Positions 21,383 to 29,937 of a stretch of 64,000 nucleotides of DNA are shown here, one piece after another; the first letter of the stretch is position 1; each line of letters starts with the position of its first letter. The DNA is from a virus. The notes beneath the pieces are model-generated. The model was not told the DNA's origin. It ran no database searches and saw nothing but the letters and a program-made list of their open reading frames with translations. The stretch lies in IMG/VR virus record IMGVR_UViG_3300020079_000009. One strand, written 5' to 3'. A program made the position numbers and the translations under genes.

Positions 21383-21646
21383 ATGAGAATTAGACCAGAA
21401 AACACAACAAGAAAAATTGATGCGCTCGGACGTGTCACGATTCCTAAGGGCTTGCGTGACCGAATGGGACTCCATGAAAATGATGACATGGAATTGTTCA
21501 CAATGGAAAGCGGCGGATGCGAGTACATTTGTTTGCGCTCAGCCCGCATTGAAGCTGATAAATATCGCCTTGCCGCAGAATTGCTCCAAGAATTGAATAT
21601 TGCTGTTCCAGCTGAACTCGCAATCAAGGTTGGGTTGGAGGACTAA
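21383..21646 (+). CDS. AbrB/MazE/SpoVT-type swapped-hairpin DNA-binding regulator
   Basis: N-terminus RKIDALGRVTIPKGLRDRMGL..DDMEL matches the AbrB N-domain consensus (RKVDELGRVVIPIELRRTLGI..D.LEI). Confidence 0.8.
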   Translation: MRIRPENTTRKIDALGRVTIPKGLRDRMGLHENDDMELFTMESGGCEYICLRSARIEADKYRLAAELLQELNIAVPAELAIKVGLED

Positions 21647-21648
21647 TT

Positions 21649-21987
21649 ATGGCAGGGCGCAATTTAGCAGAACTATTTCATGGAAAAGAAAATGCGATTA
21701 CCGCGCAGAAATTGCGTGAGGGTCGCAGTTGTTTGGTAACTGGGTATGGACAAAGCATGACTCCCATTTTGGAGAGTGGAGATAGTGTTATTTGTATTCC
21801 TGTAACCGAGGATACGAAATTGCATAAGAATGATATTGTTCTATGTAGAGTGGGTGGGCATTACTACCTGCACAAGATAGTAGCTATTAAGAATGGAAAT
21901 CGGTATACGATTGGAAACAACCATGGACACATTAATGGCACTATTGGGCGAAACAATATTTTTGGAGTCGCCGTAGAAAGAGTTTAG
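21649..21987 (+). CDS. standalone S24 (LexA/CI-like) serine peptidase domain protein
   Basis: GQSMTPIL (Ser nucleophile in a GxSM context), GDSVI, and downstream LHKIV (candidate Lys of the Ser-Lys dyad). Starts 2 nt after the AbrB-like gene stop. Confidence 0.65.
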   Translation: MAGRNLAELFHGKENAITAQKLREGRSCLVTGYGQSMTPILESGDSVICIPVTEDTKLHKNDIVLCRVGGHYYLHKIVAIKNGNRYTIGNNHGHINGTIGRNNIFGVAVERV

Positions 21988-22397
21988 AAAGATTGGGTTC
22001 CGTACCATTCGGTATGGGACCCATTTCTTATTTTTCCCGTAAACCGAAATCTGAAATTGATTTAGTGGGAGGTTTGTCCAGGAAATAACATTTCATCAAC
22101 AATAAAAAAAAATTTTCCCGAAATACACCCCCCCGGGTATGTTGGCATACACAGCACAGGCACACACACAGACAGAGAGGTACGCCCCTCTCTACGCCCT
22201 ACAGAGCTACGCACATGTACATACAAAGAGATACATACACAATGACCAAGAGGTAATGAGTACATAACACATACACATCTATCTATACATACAACAATAG
22301 ATAATAATAATAAATAATAAACAACACAATGATGTACATACTAATACATACGCTGGGCCGTGCATGGATGGCGCGGCCCTGGTTGGCATGGTATACA

Positions 22398-22468
22398 TCT
22401 TGCACAAATAAAGGGCGCAACAATTGTGCAAATCTACCTATTGACAAACCTCCCGAAACGTGTTATAC
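22398..22468 (+). promoter_or_regulatory. class-3 promoter (TTGACA-17-TATACT) with upstream inverted repeat TGCACAA-N16-TTGTGCA (candidate operator)
   Basis: cTTGCACAAataaagggcgcaacaaTTGTGCAAatctacctaTTGACAaacctcccgaaacgtgtTATACT. Confidence 0.55.
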
Positions 22469-22503
22469 TAAGGGTACAACAAAGGAAGAGAGAGGTACAC
22501 ACA

Positions 22504-22839
22504 ATGAAACACATCAGCACAATCTACGTAGTAAGAAACAATGAGACACACAGACACACCTACTATACTAAGGAATGCGCACCTGCTGAAGCAAGACCTA
22601 TGCTTTACCACACAAGCAAGACTATCAACGTACACCAAGAGGATGGCACAGTGCGCACAGCATACATGTACGGAGAGAAGAGCTACAGCTACGACGCAAC
22701 AGAGGTAGCACAGTACAAAGAAGCACAAGCAGCTAAGAGACAGAGAGAAGCAGAGAGAAAGGCTATGCTTGCTACTATCATGACACACTATGAGGCAATG
22801 GATACTGAGGCACTGGCTAAGGTAATAGCTACTCTGTAA
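22504..22839 (+). CDS. hypothetical protein (within the T-depleted compositional island)
   Basis: Promoter TTGACA-17-TATACT at 22440-22468, RBS GAGAGAGG, ATG 22504. Coding strand almost devoid of T at many codon positions. Confidence 0.4.
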   Translation: MKHISTIYVVRNNETHRHTYYTKECAPAEARPMLYHTSKTINVHQEDGTVRTAYMYGEKSYSYDATEVAQYKEAQAAKRQREAERKAMLATIMTHYEAMDTEALAKVIATL

Positions 22840-22996
22840 GGGTAGCTACCGTGTGCGGCCCTGCTATCCCTAACTGCCACAGAGCCAGGAGGCACAGAAA
22901 AAAGTCTGCACAAACGTGTAAAAAAAGCTTGACACAAACCTCCTGTAATGGTATAATAAAGATACAAAGAAAGAAGTAAAGAAAGAGGTAGATACA

Positions 22997-23287
22997 ATGA
23001 GTAAGAGAGTAACAGAGATGATGACTATACTGTTGGTAGTAGTAGTGTTCATGGGCATGCTGGGGCTGTGCGGCTACGTAGAGACACACTACACACGCAA
23101 GGACTGCGTAGTAGTACACACAGAAGGACAGCTTGCAGAGGTAGAGGACAAGCAAGGACATGTGTGGTGCTATGAGGTAGAGGGCACAGCACCAAGCGTA
23201 GGCACAGTGGTAGATGTACACATGTACACAGCACACACTGATGGATACATCTATGATGATGAGGTAGTAGGAGTAAGCACACACTAA
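22997..23287 (+). CDS. small membrane protein
   Basis: Promoter cTTGACAcaaacctcctgtaatggTATAAT at 22929-22957, RBS GAGGT, hydrophobic N-terminus. Confidence 0.4.
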   Translation: MSKRVTEMMTILLVVVVFMGMLGLCGYVETHYTRKDCVVVHTEGQLAEVEDKQGHVWCYEVEGTAPSVGTVVDVHMYTAHTDGYIYDDEVVGVSTH

Positions 23288-23517
23288 TGCAGTGTGTGCT
23301 ACTACACACTACTACTAATACTACACTAATACAGAAAGACCGCCATAGGCGCGCGCACGGTCCTGGCGCGCCTGATTGGTGCTATTGTAAAACCTGCACA
23401 AAAAAGGCTTGCAAAATCGGCGTAAATTTGTGTAAAATAAATCTCCCAAAACCCTTGACAAAATACCTGCGCGCATGGTATACTATAGATACAAAGAAAG
23501 AGAGAGAGGTACAACCT

Positions 23518-23772
23518 ATGAACACTTATACTATCTACATTAACAACAACGCTATCGCTACTATTAGTGGTACTGAAGCTTGCTATGCTTGCTACGAAGC
23601 AGCTAAGACCATCGCAGAGATGACTTGCCAGACTGCTTCCCTTGTGTGGGATGAAACTGGCGAAGTAGTAGCCTTCTACGACCCTGAGGAAGAGGACTAC
23701 GAAGAGCCTGCTGACATTGATGACGATTTTGGCTTTGACCCTTACGAAGGATGTTACACTTATGATTGCTAA
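23518..23772 (+). CDS. small acidic Cys-containing protein
   Basis: Promoter at 23456-23486 (TTGACA...TGGTATACT), RBS GAGAGGT, ATG 23518; 84 aa. Confidence 0.4.
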   Translation: MNTYTIYINNNAIATISGTEACYACYEAAKTIAEMTCQTASLVWDETGEVVAFYDPEEEDYEEPADIDDDFGFDPYEGCYTYDC

Positions 23773-23860
23773 AAAAAAATTAAAAAAGGGGCTTGACAAA
23801 AAGCCCCCTCCATGTTATAATAAAGATACAAAAAAGGAAAACAAAAGGAGACTGATAACT

Positions 23861-24286
23861 ATGATGTGTGCAAGTGAACTGGCAATTGTGAGAAATGCAA
23901 GCGTAATGAAGTGGGAAAAAGAAAAGGCAGAAAGTCTTGCTCGTCTGTTGGGTGCGAGTGTTGAATTCTGTGAAACTGAGATTGGACCTGCCCTTGAGAA
24001 GCAGGCTCTCAACCCTAAGGGTGGACTGATTTCAACTTCTATTGACCTCGCTATGGCTTCCGATGCTTACGGCAACGAGGTACTGCGTCCTATTCGTTTC
24101 GATGGCAAGAAGTATGCAAATGGAGATTGGAGTTATTCTCCTTGCACTGACAAGAACTATCACAAGACTTTCATTGAAGAGTATCTTGCTCAGCATTGTC
24201 TGTCTGTAAGGTGGGAAGAAACTACTTACAATCGCTATGGTTTTGGCTCTTGCCGAGCTTACAAACTGATTGTTGAAGTAAAGTAA
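23861..24286 (+). CDS. hypothetical protein
   Basis: Class-1 promoter at 23794-23821 with -35 inside the GGGGCTT...AAGCCCC hairpin; RBS AAGGAG; ATG 23861. Confidence 0.45.
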   Translation: MMCASELAIVRNASVMKWEKEKAESLARLLGASVEFCETEIGPALEKQALNPKGGLISTSIDLAMASDAYGNEVLRPIRFDGKKYANGDWSYSPCTDKNYHKTFIEEYLAQHCLSVRWEETTYNRYGFGSCRAYKLIVEVK

Positions 24287-24365
24287 AAAAATGCAAAAAG
24301 GGGTTGACAAACTCAACCCCTTGTGCTATAATAATTACAGAAAGAAACAGAAAGAAGTGGTAAAA

Positions 24366-24698
24366 ATGGCTTACGGATGTTATTCAGAAGTGTATTACGC
24401 AGAACATTTAGAAATTAGAACGGCAATCAAAATTGGGGAAACGACTAATGCAAGGCGTAGAAGTAATCAGTTGCTCCAAGAAGATTATTTAATTCTTCAA
24501 TCATTAGACATTGGCGGCGGAGAATGCGAAAGGCTATTTGTAGAAAGTTTTTTGCGAATGAAAATTCTAAAAACACAAAAGGCTCGGCGCATTCGCAAAG
24601 ATTATTTTAATTGCGCTGATCTTGATACAGTAGAATTTATTAAATCTCACTTTCAAGAGTGGGTAATGGAAGCAATAACAACAATGAGGGGAATGTAA
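24366..24698 (+). CDS. T5orf172/GIY-YIG-like domain protein (putative)
   Basis: Motif IKIGETTNARRRSNQL resembles the KIGxT...R..QL core of the T5orf172 (GIY-YIG-related) domain. Class-1 promoter at 24304-24332. Confidence 0.4.
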   Translation: MAYGCYSEVYYAEHLEIRTAIKIGETTNARRRSNQLLQEDYLILQSLDIGGGECERLFVESFLRMKILKTQKARRIRKDYFNCADLDTVEFIKSHFQEWVMEAITTMRGM

Positions 24699-24770
24699 AA
24701 ATTCCCCTTGACAATCAATTAAAATTATGGTATAATAATAATACAAAGAAAAGAAAAGGAGATAGATACA

Positions 24771-24980
24771 ATGGGTGAAGGTTGTTTGATGGTAATTCTC
24801 GCGCTGGCACTGGTGTTCGGCGTTGTGTGTTTCGAGGCATGGATTGGGATGCTTCTGTTTAACTGGGTGATGAGCCTGTTCGGCTGTGCGTTTGCTCTAA
24901 CATTTTGGCAGGCTTTCGGCATCTGCGCTCTGCTCAGTTTTGTAGGTGGCTTTTTCAAATCGAGTTCCAAGAGCAATTAA
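24771..24980 (+). CDS. small hydrophobic membrane protein
   Basis: 69-aa, two TM segments; class-1 promoter at 24709-24739; followed by intrinsic terminator 24983-25011. Confidence 0.45.
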   Translation: MGEGCLMVILALALVFGVVCFEAWIGMLLFNWVMSLFGCAFALTFWQAFGICALLSFVGGFFKSSSKSN

Positions 24981-25011
24981 GGAGAGGGGAAACCCTCTCT
25001 TTTTATTTTTT

Positions 25012-25130
25012 CGGCCGCGCGCTGTCGGCTGTGGCGCGCGGTGTTTCTGCCAAGAGGTAATCTGCACAAAAATCTCGTGGAAAATTTGTGCAATTTTGTG
25101 CTTGACAAACATCCCGAAATGGTGTATACT
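25012..25130 (+). promoter_or_regulatory. class-3 module: GC-rich hairpin (25012-25041) + operator TGCACAA(25063)-N16-TTGTGCA(25092) + promoter TTGACA(25102)-17-TATACT(25130)
   Basis: Coordinates worked out by hand; the half-site TTGTGCA is repeated a third time right before the -35. Confidence 0.55.
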
Positions 25131-25160
25131 TAAGGTACAAAAGATGAGGGGGTAATAACT

Positions 25161-25343
25161 ATGATGATGAACATTACTATTGACAGACCTTGGAGCGAAC
25201 AGCCTGAGGAAGTACGCAACGCAATCGACGAACAGACTTACAACAAGGTTGCTGAGGTTCTCGGCATTAAGTTGGTAAGTCGCAAAAAATGGTACGAAAA
25301 GGTATTGACAAACATCTCAAAGTATGGTATACTTAGAGCATGA
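25161..25343 (+). CDS. small hypothetical protein (3' end overlaps the next promoter)
   Basis: Class-3 promoter at 25102-25130, RBS GAGGGGG. C-terminal codons ...EKVLTNISKYGILRA are encoded by a TTGACA-17-TATACT promoter. Confidence 0.35.
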   Translation: MMMNITIDRPWSEQPEEVRNAIDEQTYNKVAEVLGIKLVSRKKWYEKVLTNISKYGILRA

Positions 25344-25359
25344 AAGGGGGATACTAAAG

Positions 25360-25683
25360 ATGAAACCTATGAATACTACATTCCACGCAGGAGTGGAACG
25401 AGCAAACCGACTGCAAGCATTGGAAGAAGTTCTCGGCTTCACAAACCCTGTGCTTGAAGTTGAAGTAATTGAAGAAGAAAAGAGGTACTTGCTAACCAGT
25501 AGTGGAATTATCATTGTTAAGAATTTGTATCGTGACATTGTGATAACTGCATTTATGGCAAATGTCAATCAGTGCTATCGTCTTTACAGAATGGCGGGCA
25601 AGGGGCAGATGTCACCTAAAATGGAAAAGCGAGTAATGAAAAATTGTCAAAGACATCCAGAATTATTTACGATTAGGGGTTGA
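25360..25683 (+). CDS. hypothetical protein
   Basis: RBS AAAGGGGGA, ATG 25360 (MKPMNTTFH...). Confidence 0.4.
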   Translation: MKPMNTTFHAGVERANRLQALEEVLGFTNPVLEVEVIEEEKRYLLTSSGIIIVKNLYRDIVITAFMANVNQCYRLYRMAGKGQMSPKMEKRVMKNCQRHPELFTIRG

Positions 25684-25741
25684 CAAAACCCCTAAGCCGT
25701 GGTATAATAATTACAGAAACCAAGAGAGAGGAATTGATACT

Positions 25742-26155
25742 ATGAAGAAATTAGTAAACCTTAGATGCTATGCGGCAATCGGCAATGATGACTACTGCGA
25801 CACTTCCATTTGGAATCACATTCGCTATGTGGAAGTTGGCGAGTGTAACACGACAGAATACACACTCGAAACCTTTGAAGAAGCATTTGCGGCAGTTCGT
25901 GACCACAGAATCAGAAATGCAGAAACTGGTTGCACTCTATTTCGCAATCGTCCGACCATCGAAATTGGTTGGGGCGACTTCTACAGAAACAAAAGCAAAA
26001 TGACAGAAAAGACTTTCAAGCCCATTCGTGTCAGGTGGGAATGGGAAGAGGTTACAAGAATGTACACAATGAAAGACCTTGCGGACTTGCTCCCTGCTGA
26101 ACAGTTCTGCGAATGGTTGAAAGACAGAGGGATTACAATGGTTGGCTCGATGTGA
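25742..26155 (+). CDS. hypothetical protein
   Basis: Class-1 promoter at 25680-25708, RBS GAGAGGAATTGATACTATG. Confidence 0.45.
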   Translation: MKKLVNLRCYAAIGNDDYCDTSIWNHIRYVEVGECNTTEYTLETFEEAFAAVRDHRIRNAETGCTLFRNRPTIEIGWGDFYRNKSKMTEKTFKPIRVRWEWEEVTRMYTMKDLADLLPAEQFCEWLKDRGITMVGSM

Positions 26156-26262
26156 GCCAACCGCCCGTACAAAATAAATTAAAAAAGTTTTGAAAAACCT
26201 ATTGACAAACCCACGAACCTATGTTATAATAAATACAGAAATTGAGAGAGGAATTGATAACA

Positions 26263-26937
26263 ATGAACAAGAAAATTATTTACTGCACACTTGATACTGA
26301 AACTGTTGGCGGAGCTTCTAATCCTACTGGAATGTACAACCTCGGTTGCACTATCCACGACAGAGAGGGCAACATTTTCGCAACCGCTTCTCTGCTTGTA
26401 ATGGAACACTATGACGAAATCGCACAGGACGATTACGCAAAGAAGAACTTCCCTATCTATCGCGAAAGACTGATGACTGGCGAAATGTCTGCGGTGGCTA
26501 CCGAAGCCGAAGCACTTTCCATCGTTCGCAACCTTTGCAAGTTCTATGGTGTTCGCTATGTAATGGCTTACAACTCTGCTTTCGACTTTACCAAGACTAT
26601 TTGCAGAGAACTGCTCGACGAGTTTGAGTTCATCGACATTTACTTGATGGCTTTGCAGACCATCTGCCACAAGAAAGGCTTTGCGAACTTCTGCCACGAG
26701 AATGGCTTCCAGTCCTCTTCCAAGAAGTCTTGCTCTACTACTGCACAGACTGTCTATGGCTTCATCACTGGAAATGCTGACTACATCGAAGAACACACTG
26801 CACTGGCTGACGCACTCATCGAAATGGAAATCTTTGTGGCTTGTCTGAAAATGCACAAGAAATTCAACAAGAACATTCACCAGTGGGACGCAAAGGGCAG
26901 AGAGTACAACAAGTGCTTTCCGAAGTGGGTGGACTAA
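26263..26937 (+). CDS. DEDDh 3'-5' exonuclease (DnaQ/RNase T-like) paralog 1
   Basis: Exo motifs YCTLDTETVG (Exo I D-x-E), AYNSAFDF (Exo II), HTALADALIEMEIF (Exo III with His). Class-1 promoter at 26203-26230. Confidence 0.7.
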   Translation: MNKKIIYCTLDTETVGGASNPTGMYNLGCTIHDREGNIFATASLLVMEHYDEIAQDDYAKKNFPIYRERLMTGEMSAVATEAEALSIVRNLCKFYGVRYVMAYNSAFDFTKTICRELLDEFEFIDIYLMALQTICHKKGFANFCHENGFQSSSKKSCSTTAQTVYGFITGNADYIEEHTALADALIEMEIFVACLKMHKKFNKNIHQWDAKGREYNKCFPKWVD

Positions 26938-27048
26938 GTCCCCCACTTTCCCCGGTCAAAAAAAATAAAAAACTTTTCAAAAACCTATTGACAAACACGA
27001 AAATCCATGCTATAATTAAGATACAAAAAAGGAAAGGAAGTAAACACA

Positions 27049-27498
27049 ATGAAGACTATGAACATCACAATCAACTTTGACATGGACGGCACAATCGCTG
27101 ACCTCTATGGAGTAGAAAACTGGCTCGAATACCTCATCGCAGGCGACACATTCCCTTACGCAAACGCAAAGCCTCTGCTTAGACTTGCAACTCTCGCTCG
27201 CAGACTTAACACTCTCCAGAGAAATGGCTACAACATCGCAGTTATCTCTTGGCTGAGCAAGAGTGGCACAGAAGAATACAACAGAGCAGTTACCGAAGTC
27301 AAAATGGATTGGCTCAAGAAACATCTGCCAAGTGTCAACTGGAACGAAATCCACATTGTACCTTACGGCACACCAAAGCAGAACTTCTGCAAAACTCCTC
27401 TCGATGTGCTTTTCGATGATGAAGAACGCAACAGAACAAACTGGACTGGCAAGGCTTATGATGTGCAGAACATCTTGGAAATTCTCGCAGAAATGTGA
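27049..27498 (+). CDS. HAD-superfamily 5'(3')-deoxyribonucleotidase-like hydrolase
   Basis: N-terminal HAD motif I FDMDGTIADLYG (DxDGT) and overall NT5C-like size; class-1 promoter at 26988-27016. Confidence 0.6.
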   Translation: MKTMNITINFDMDGTIADLYGVENWLEYLIAGDTFPYANAKPLLRLATLARRLNTLQRNGYNIAVISWLSKSGTEEYNRAVTEVKMDWLKKHLPSVNWNEIHIVPYGTPKQNFCKTPLDVLFDDEERNRTNWTGKAYDVQNILEILAEM

Positions 27499-27571
27499 GA
27501 ATTTCCCCTTGACATTTTCAAACCGTTGTGCTATAATTTAATTACACCAAGAGGAAAGGAACTGATACCCC

Positions 27572-27790
27572 ATGATGATTAACACGAATGAACCCACTTG
27601 CCCCACTTGCGGCGGCTCCCTCATTTCTATCTCACACTACGATGTTGAAGACCTCGACACAGGCACAATCGCAATGAGCGTGGTCGGTGGCTGTGACCAC
27701 TGTGGCAACACCTATGAATGGGTTGAGTATTACGCCTACAAGGGTCACGCAGACATCAAGCCCACCCAAATCAGGGCGAGAGCAATTTGA
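27572..27790 (+). CDS. small zinc-ribbon protein
   Basis: CPTCGG...CDHCGN pairs; class-1-like promoter at 27505-27535; terminator at 27776-27805. Confidence 0.45.
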   Translation: MMINTNEPTCPTCGGSLISISHYDVEDLDTGTIAMSVVGGCDHCGNTYEWVEYYAYKGHADIKPTQIRARAI

Positions 27791-27805
27791 CGCTCTCGCC
27801 TTTTT

Positions 27806-27958
27806 GGCGCGCCGCCCACGACCCAGGCGGCACGAATTTCCATTATAACACTTCCTCAGCATTTTGTCAATAGGCAATTTGCACAAAGTTGCGAGAGGTC
27901 AAATTCCTGAAATTTGTGCATTTTGACTATTGACTTCTATTGGGGAGTGTGTTATACT
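27806..27958 (+). promoter_or_regulatory. class-3 module with divergent promoters: GC hairpin 27806-27834; antisense promoter (minus strand) -35 at 27865-27870 and -10 at 27842-27847; operator TGCACAA(27880)-N27-TTGTGCA(27920); sense promoter TTGACT(27930)-17-TATACT(27958)
   Basis: Reverse complement reads cctaTTGACAaaatgctgaggaagtgtTATAATgg, a perfect class-1 promoter firing leftward into the GC hairpin and the preceding gene terminator. Confidence 0.5.
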
Positions 27959-27964
27959 GTACTT

Positions 27965-28055
27965 ACAGATGAGGGGTGAGGTTTAATGCTGAGCCGCTCA
28001 AGCAGAAAGGGTTCAAACCCCTTGGGGGACGCCCCTAAAAGCCCCTCATCTTTTT
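27965..28055 (+). ncRNA. candidate ~90-nt small RNA (or leader with tiny ORF) from the class-3 promoter, enclosed by a long-range stem GATGAGGGG...CCCCTCATC plus U5 terminator
   Basis: The gene-less transcript begins GTCAG-type conserved start, has internal hairpins, and ends in a T-run at 28051-28055; only an in-frame run-on ORF (27986) with no independent support. Confidence 0.35.
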
Positions 28056-28144
28056 CAAAAAAAATAAAAAAAGTGCTTGACAAACGGTCAATGCGGTGCT
28101 ATAATAAAGATACAAAGAACGGAACAGAAAAGGAGACAGGAACA

Positions 28145-28633
28145 ATGACTAAGGGAAACGCAATCAGATACTACAGAAAGTTTAGTGGCGCACAGGGTTA
28201 CATCCTCGGTTTCACTTACAAGAAGAAGAACTACATGGCAATCGTTGATGAAATCATGCCTCGCTTCATTCGAGTAGAAAAAGAAGCAAGCAAAAAGGGT
28301 GGCAAGGAAAAGCTTCAGCTTCGACTGACTAATCAGCACATGGAACAGCTCATTCGCAAGGGCGCAATCGAAATCGACTACGAAGTAACCAACGGCAACA
28401 ACGGCAGAAACTTTGAAATGTGGGTACAGAGATACTTCGGTCAGGTCGCAAGAGATTGGGATAATGACGGCTTTTGGGTTGGTGGTGATGTCAATGTGAA
28501 CGGCATTGAGTATCAAATCAAATTCAACGGCGCACAGATTGTCACTTTCGACACTCTCCACAATTTGCAGAAGTGTGGCAAGGACTACAAAAACTATGTG
28601 CCTAAGCGTGGCAGAAAGAAAAAAGTTGCCTAA
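28145..28633 (+). CDS. hypothetical protein (162 aa)
   Basis: Class-1 promoter at 28078-28106, RBS AAAAGGAGA, ATG 28145 (MTKGNAIRYY...). Confidence 0.45.
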   Translation: MTKGNAIRYYRKFSGAQGYILGFTYKKKNYMAIVDEIMPRFIRVEKEASKKGGKEKLQLRLTNQHMEQLIRKGAIEIDYEVTNGNNGRNFEMWVQRYFGQVARDWDNDGFWVGGDVNVNGIEYQIKFNGAQIVTFDTLHNLQKCGKDYKNYVPKRGRKKKVA

Positions 28634-28687
28634 GGGGGTTGACAAACCCCCAAAGGTATGCTATAATAATACCAAGAGGTGAGATAA

Positions 28688-28849
28688 ATGAAAAAGAAGA
28701 AAACCATTGACAATCGCATTTTTAAGAAAGAGGGCGAAGAACTGCAACAGTATTTGCACTTTCGCAAGCGTGGGTCGGTAGTCGAGAACAAAAAGGGCAA
28801 AGGCTCGTACAATAGAAAAAAGTTCAAGAAAATTGAAAAAGACTATTGA
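28688..28849 (+). CDS. small lysine-rich protein (53 aa); 3' end overlaps the next promoter
   Basis: Promoter gGTTGACAaacccccaaaggtatgcTATAAT, RBS GAGGTGAG, ATG 28688. Not in the ORF track (<60 aa). Confidence 0.3.
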   Translation: MKKKKTIDNRIFKKEGEELQQYLHFRKRGSVVENKKGKGSYNRKKFKKIEKDY

Positions 28850-28907
28850 CAATTAAATAAAAATGTGGTATAATAATTATAGAAAATAAAGAAAAGAGGT
28901 TGTTACT

Positions 28908-29153
28908 ATGAAAATGTTTTCCGAAATGAGTTTGAAATCTATCCGCAACAAGTTGGCAAAGGTTGGGGTCACAATGAGTGACGAGCAGTTCAATGCTCTT
29001 ACCTACTCCGAGTTGAAGAAAGTCTATCGCAAGGCGAGCAAGGCTTACAAACTCTATGAGCAGGTTGATGCAATCATCACCAAAGCACAAGCTCCCACTC
29101 CGCAGATGCCCTTGACCAATGACAGTCCCAAGAGCGTAAGCGCAAAAAAGTAA
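28908..29153 (+). CDS. hypothetical protein (81 aa)
   Basis: Class-1 promoter at 28846-28875, RBS AAGAGGT. Confidence 0.4.
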   Translation: MKMFSEMSLKSIRNKLAKVGVTMSDEQFNALTYSELKKVYRKASKAYKLYEQVDAIITKAQAPTPQMPLTNDSPKSVSAKK

Positions 29154-29228
29154 AAAATGGGGGTTGACAAACCCCCAAACCTATGCTATAATACAAGTAC
29201 AAACCAAAAGAAAAGGAGAATGATACTA

Positions 29229-29381
29229 TGAGTATTCGAGAAGTAGCAAATGCACTGAATGAGATTCGCGCAAACATGAGCAACCCCGAAGGTATGGTGG
29301 TTGCGTCCATCACAAAGGACGAAGTCATTTTTGAGAATGGGGTTGCCTATTCGCTGACAACGAAGCAGAGAACGCGATAAG
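29229..29381 (+). CDS. small hypothetical protein (50 aa)
   Basis: Class-1 promoter at 29165-29192, RBS AAAGGAGA, ATG 29229; terminator at 29385-29412. Confidence 0.3.
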
Positions 29382-29429
29382 GAAGAGCGAGGGGAAACCC
29401 TCGCTTTTTCCATTTCAAAATCCAAAATG

Positions 29430-29590
29430 CATCGGCCGGTCCACGTGCGCGCGGACCGGTGTTTTGGCCTAACCTTCCATTATAACATTTTTCGAGCAAT
29501 TTGTCAATAGGCAAAATGCACAAAGATTTTCCTGTAATTTTGTGCAATTTGCCACTTGTATTTTGGTGGCTGATGTGGTATACTATTATT
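29430..29590 (+). promoter_or_regulatory. class-3 module (GC hairpin CCGGTCC..GGACCGG, antisense promoter, operator TGCACAA-N16-TTGTGCA, TGGTATACT promoter) not followed by a gene
   Basis: Same architecture as 27806-27958; downstream transcript ATTATTGTCAGTAAGGGAGAG... has no ORF before the next class-1 promoter. Confidence 0.5.
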
Positions 29591-29639
29591 GTCAGTAAGG
29601 GAGAGAACAAAATCCCATCAAAAAGATTTTGAAAAAACC

Positions 29640-29870
29640 TATTGACAAAATAAAAAAATTATGTTATAATTATTATAGAAAAAAGGAAAAAGCCATTACC
29701 AAAAAATTTCTAAAAAAGTTTTGAAAAAGGTATTGACAAATCCTAAAGAGTATGCTATAATAGTTATACAAGGTAAGGGAAAACCTACTGAGAGGTCAAC
29801 AAAAAAAATAAAAAAAAAGTTGAAAAAACCTCTTGACAAACAACTCCCAATGTGCTATAATAAGAATGTA
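29640..29870 (+). promoter_or_regulatory. three tandem class-1 promoters (TTGACAAA-N16/17-TGnTATAAT) separated by <60 nt with no intervening ORFs, upstream of paralog A1
   Basis: ttgacaaaataaaaaaattatgtTATAAT; ttgacaaatcctaaagagtatgcTATAAT; ttgacaaacaactcccaatgtgcTATAAT. Each is preceded by an AAAAAAGTTTTGAAAAAACC(T/C) UP-like element. Confidence 0.55.
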
Positions 29871-29937
29871 AAGAGGGACACCTCTTACAGAATAAAAACT
29901 TGGGTCGTGACCTACCACGAGATTGGAGATTGATACT

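Noticed and set aside
22062-22265. 67-aa minus-strand ORF in the CA-rich region.
   Set aside because: It lies in an ORF-poor, compositionally skewed noncoding stretch with no RBS; stop-codon depletion on this strand explains it.
26224-26946. 240-aa minus-strand ORF antisense to the DEDDh exonuclease gene. Similar long antisense ORFs occur at 29785-30723, 34461-35306, 39903-41039, 41825-42499, 43402-44466, 46262-46927 and 47169-48638.
   Set aside because: They lie opposite well-supported plus-strand genes that have promoters, RBSs and recognisable motifs. They lack RBSs and reflect stop-codon depletion on the antisense strand of A/G-rich coding sequence.
27986-28633. ORF track start at 27986 gives a 215-aa protein.
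   Set aside because: The N-terminal 53 codons run through an intrinsic terminator (28042-28055) and a full promoter (28078-28106). The real gene most likely starts at ATG 28145, behind RBS AAAAGGAGA.
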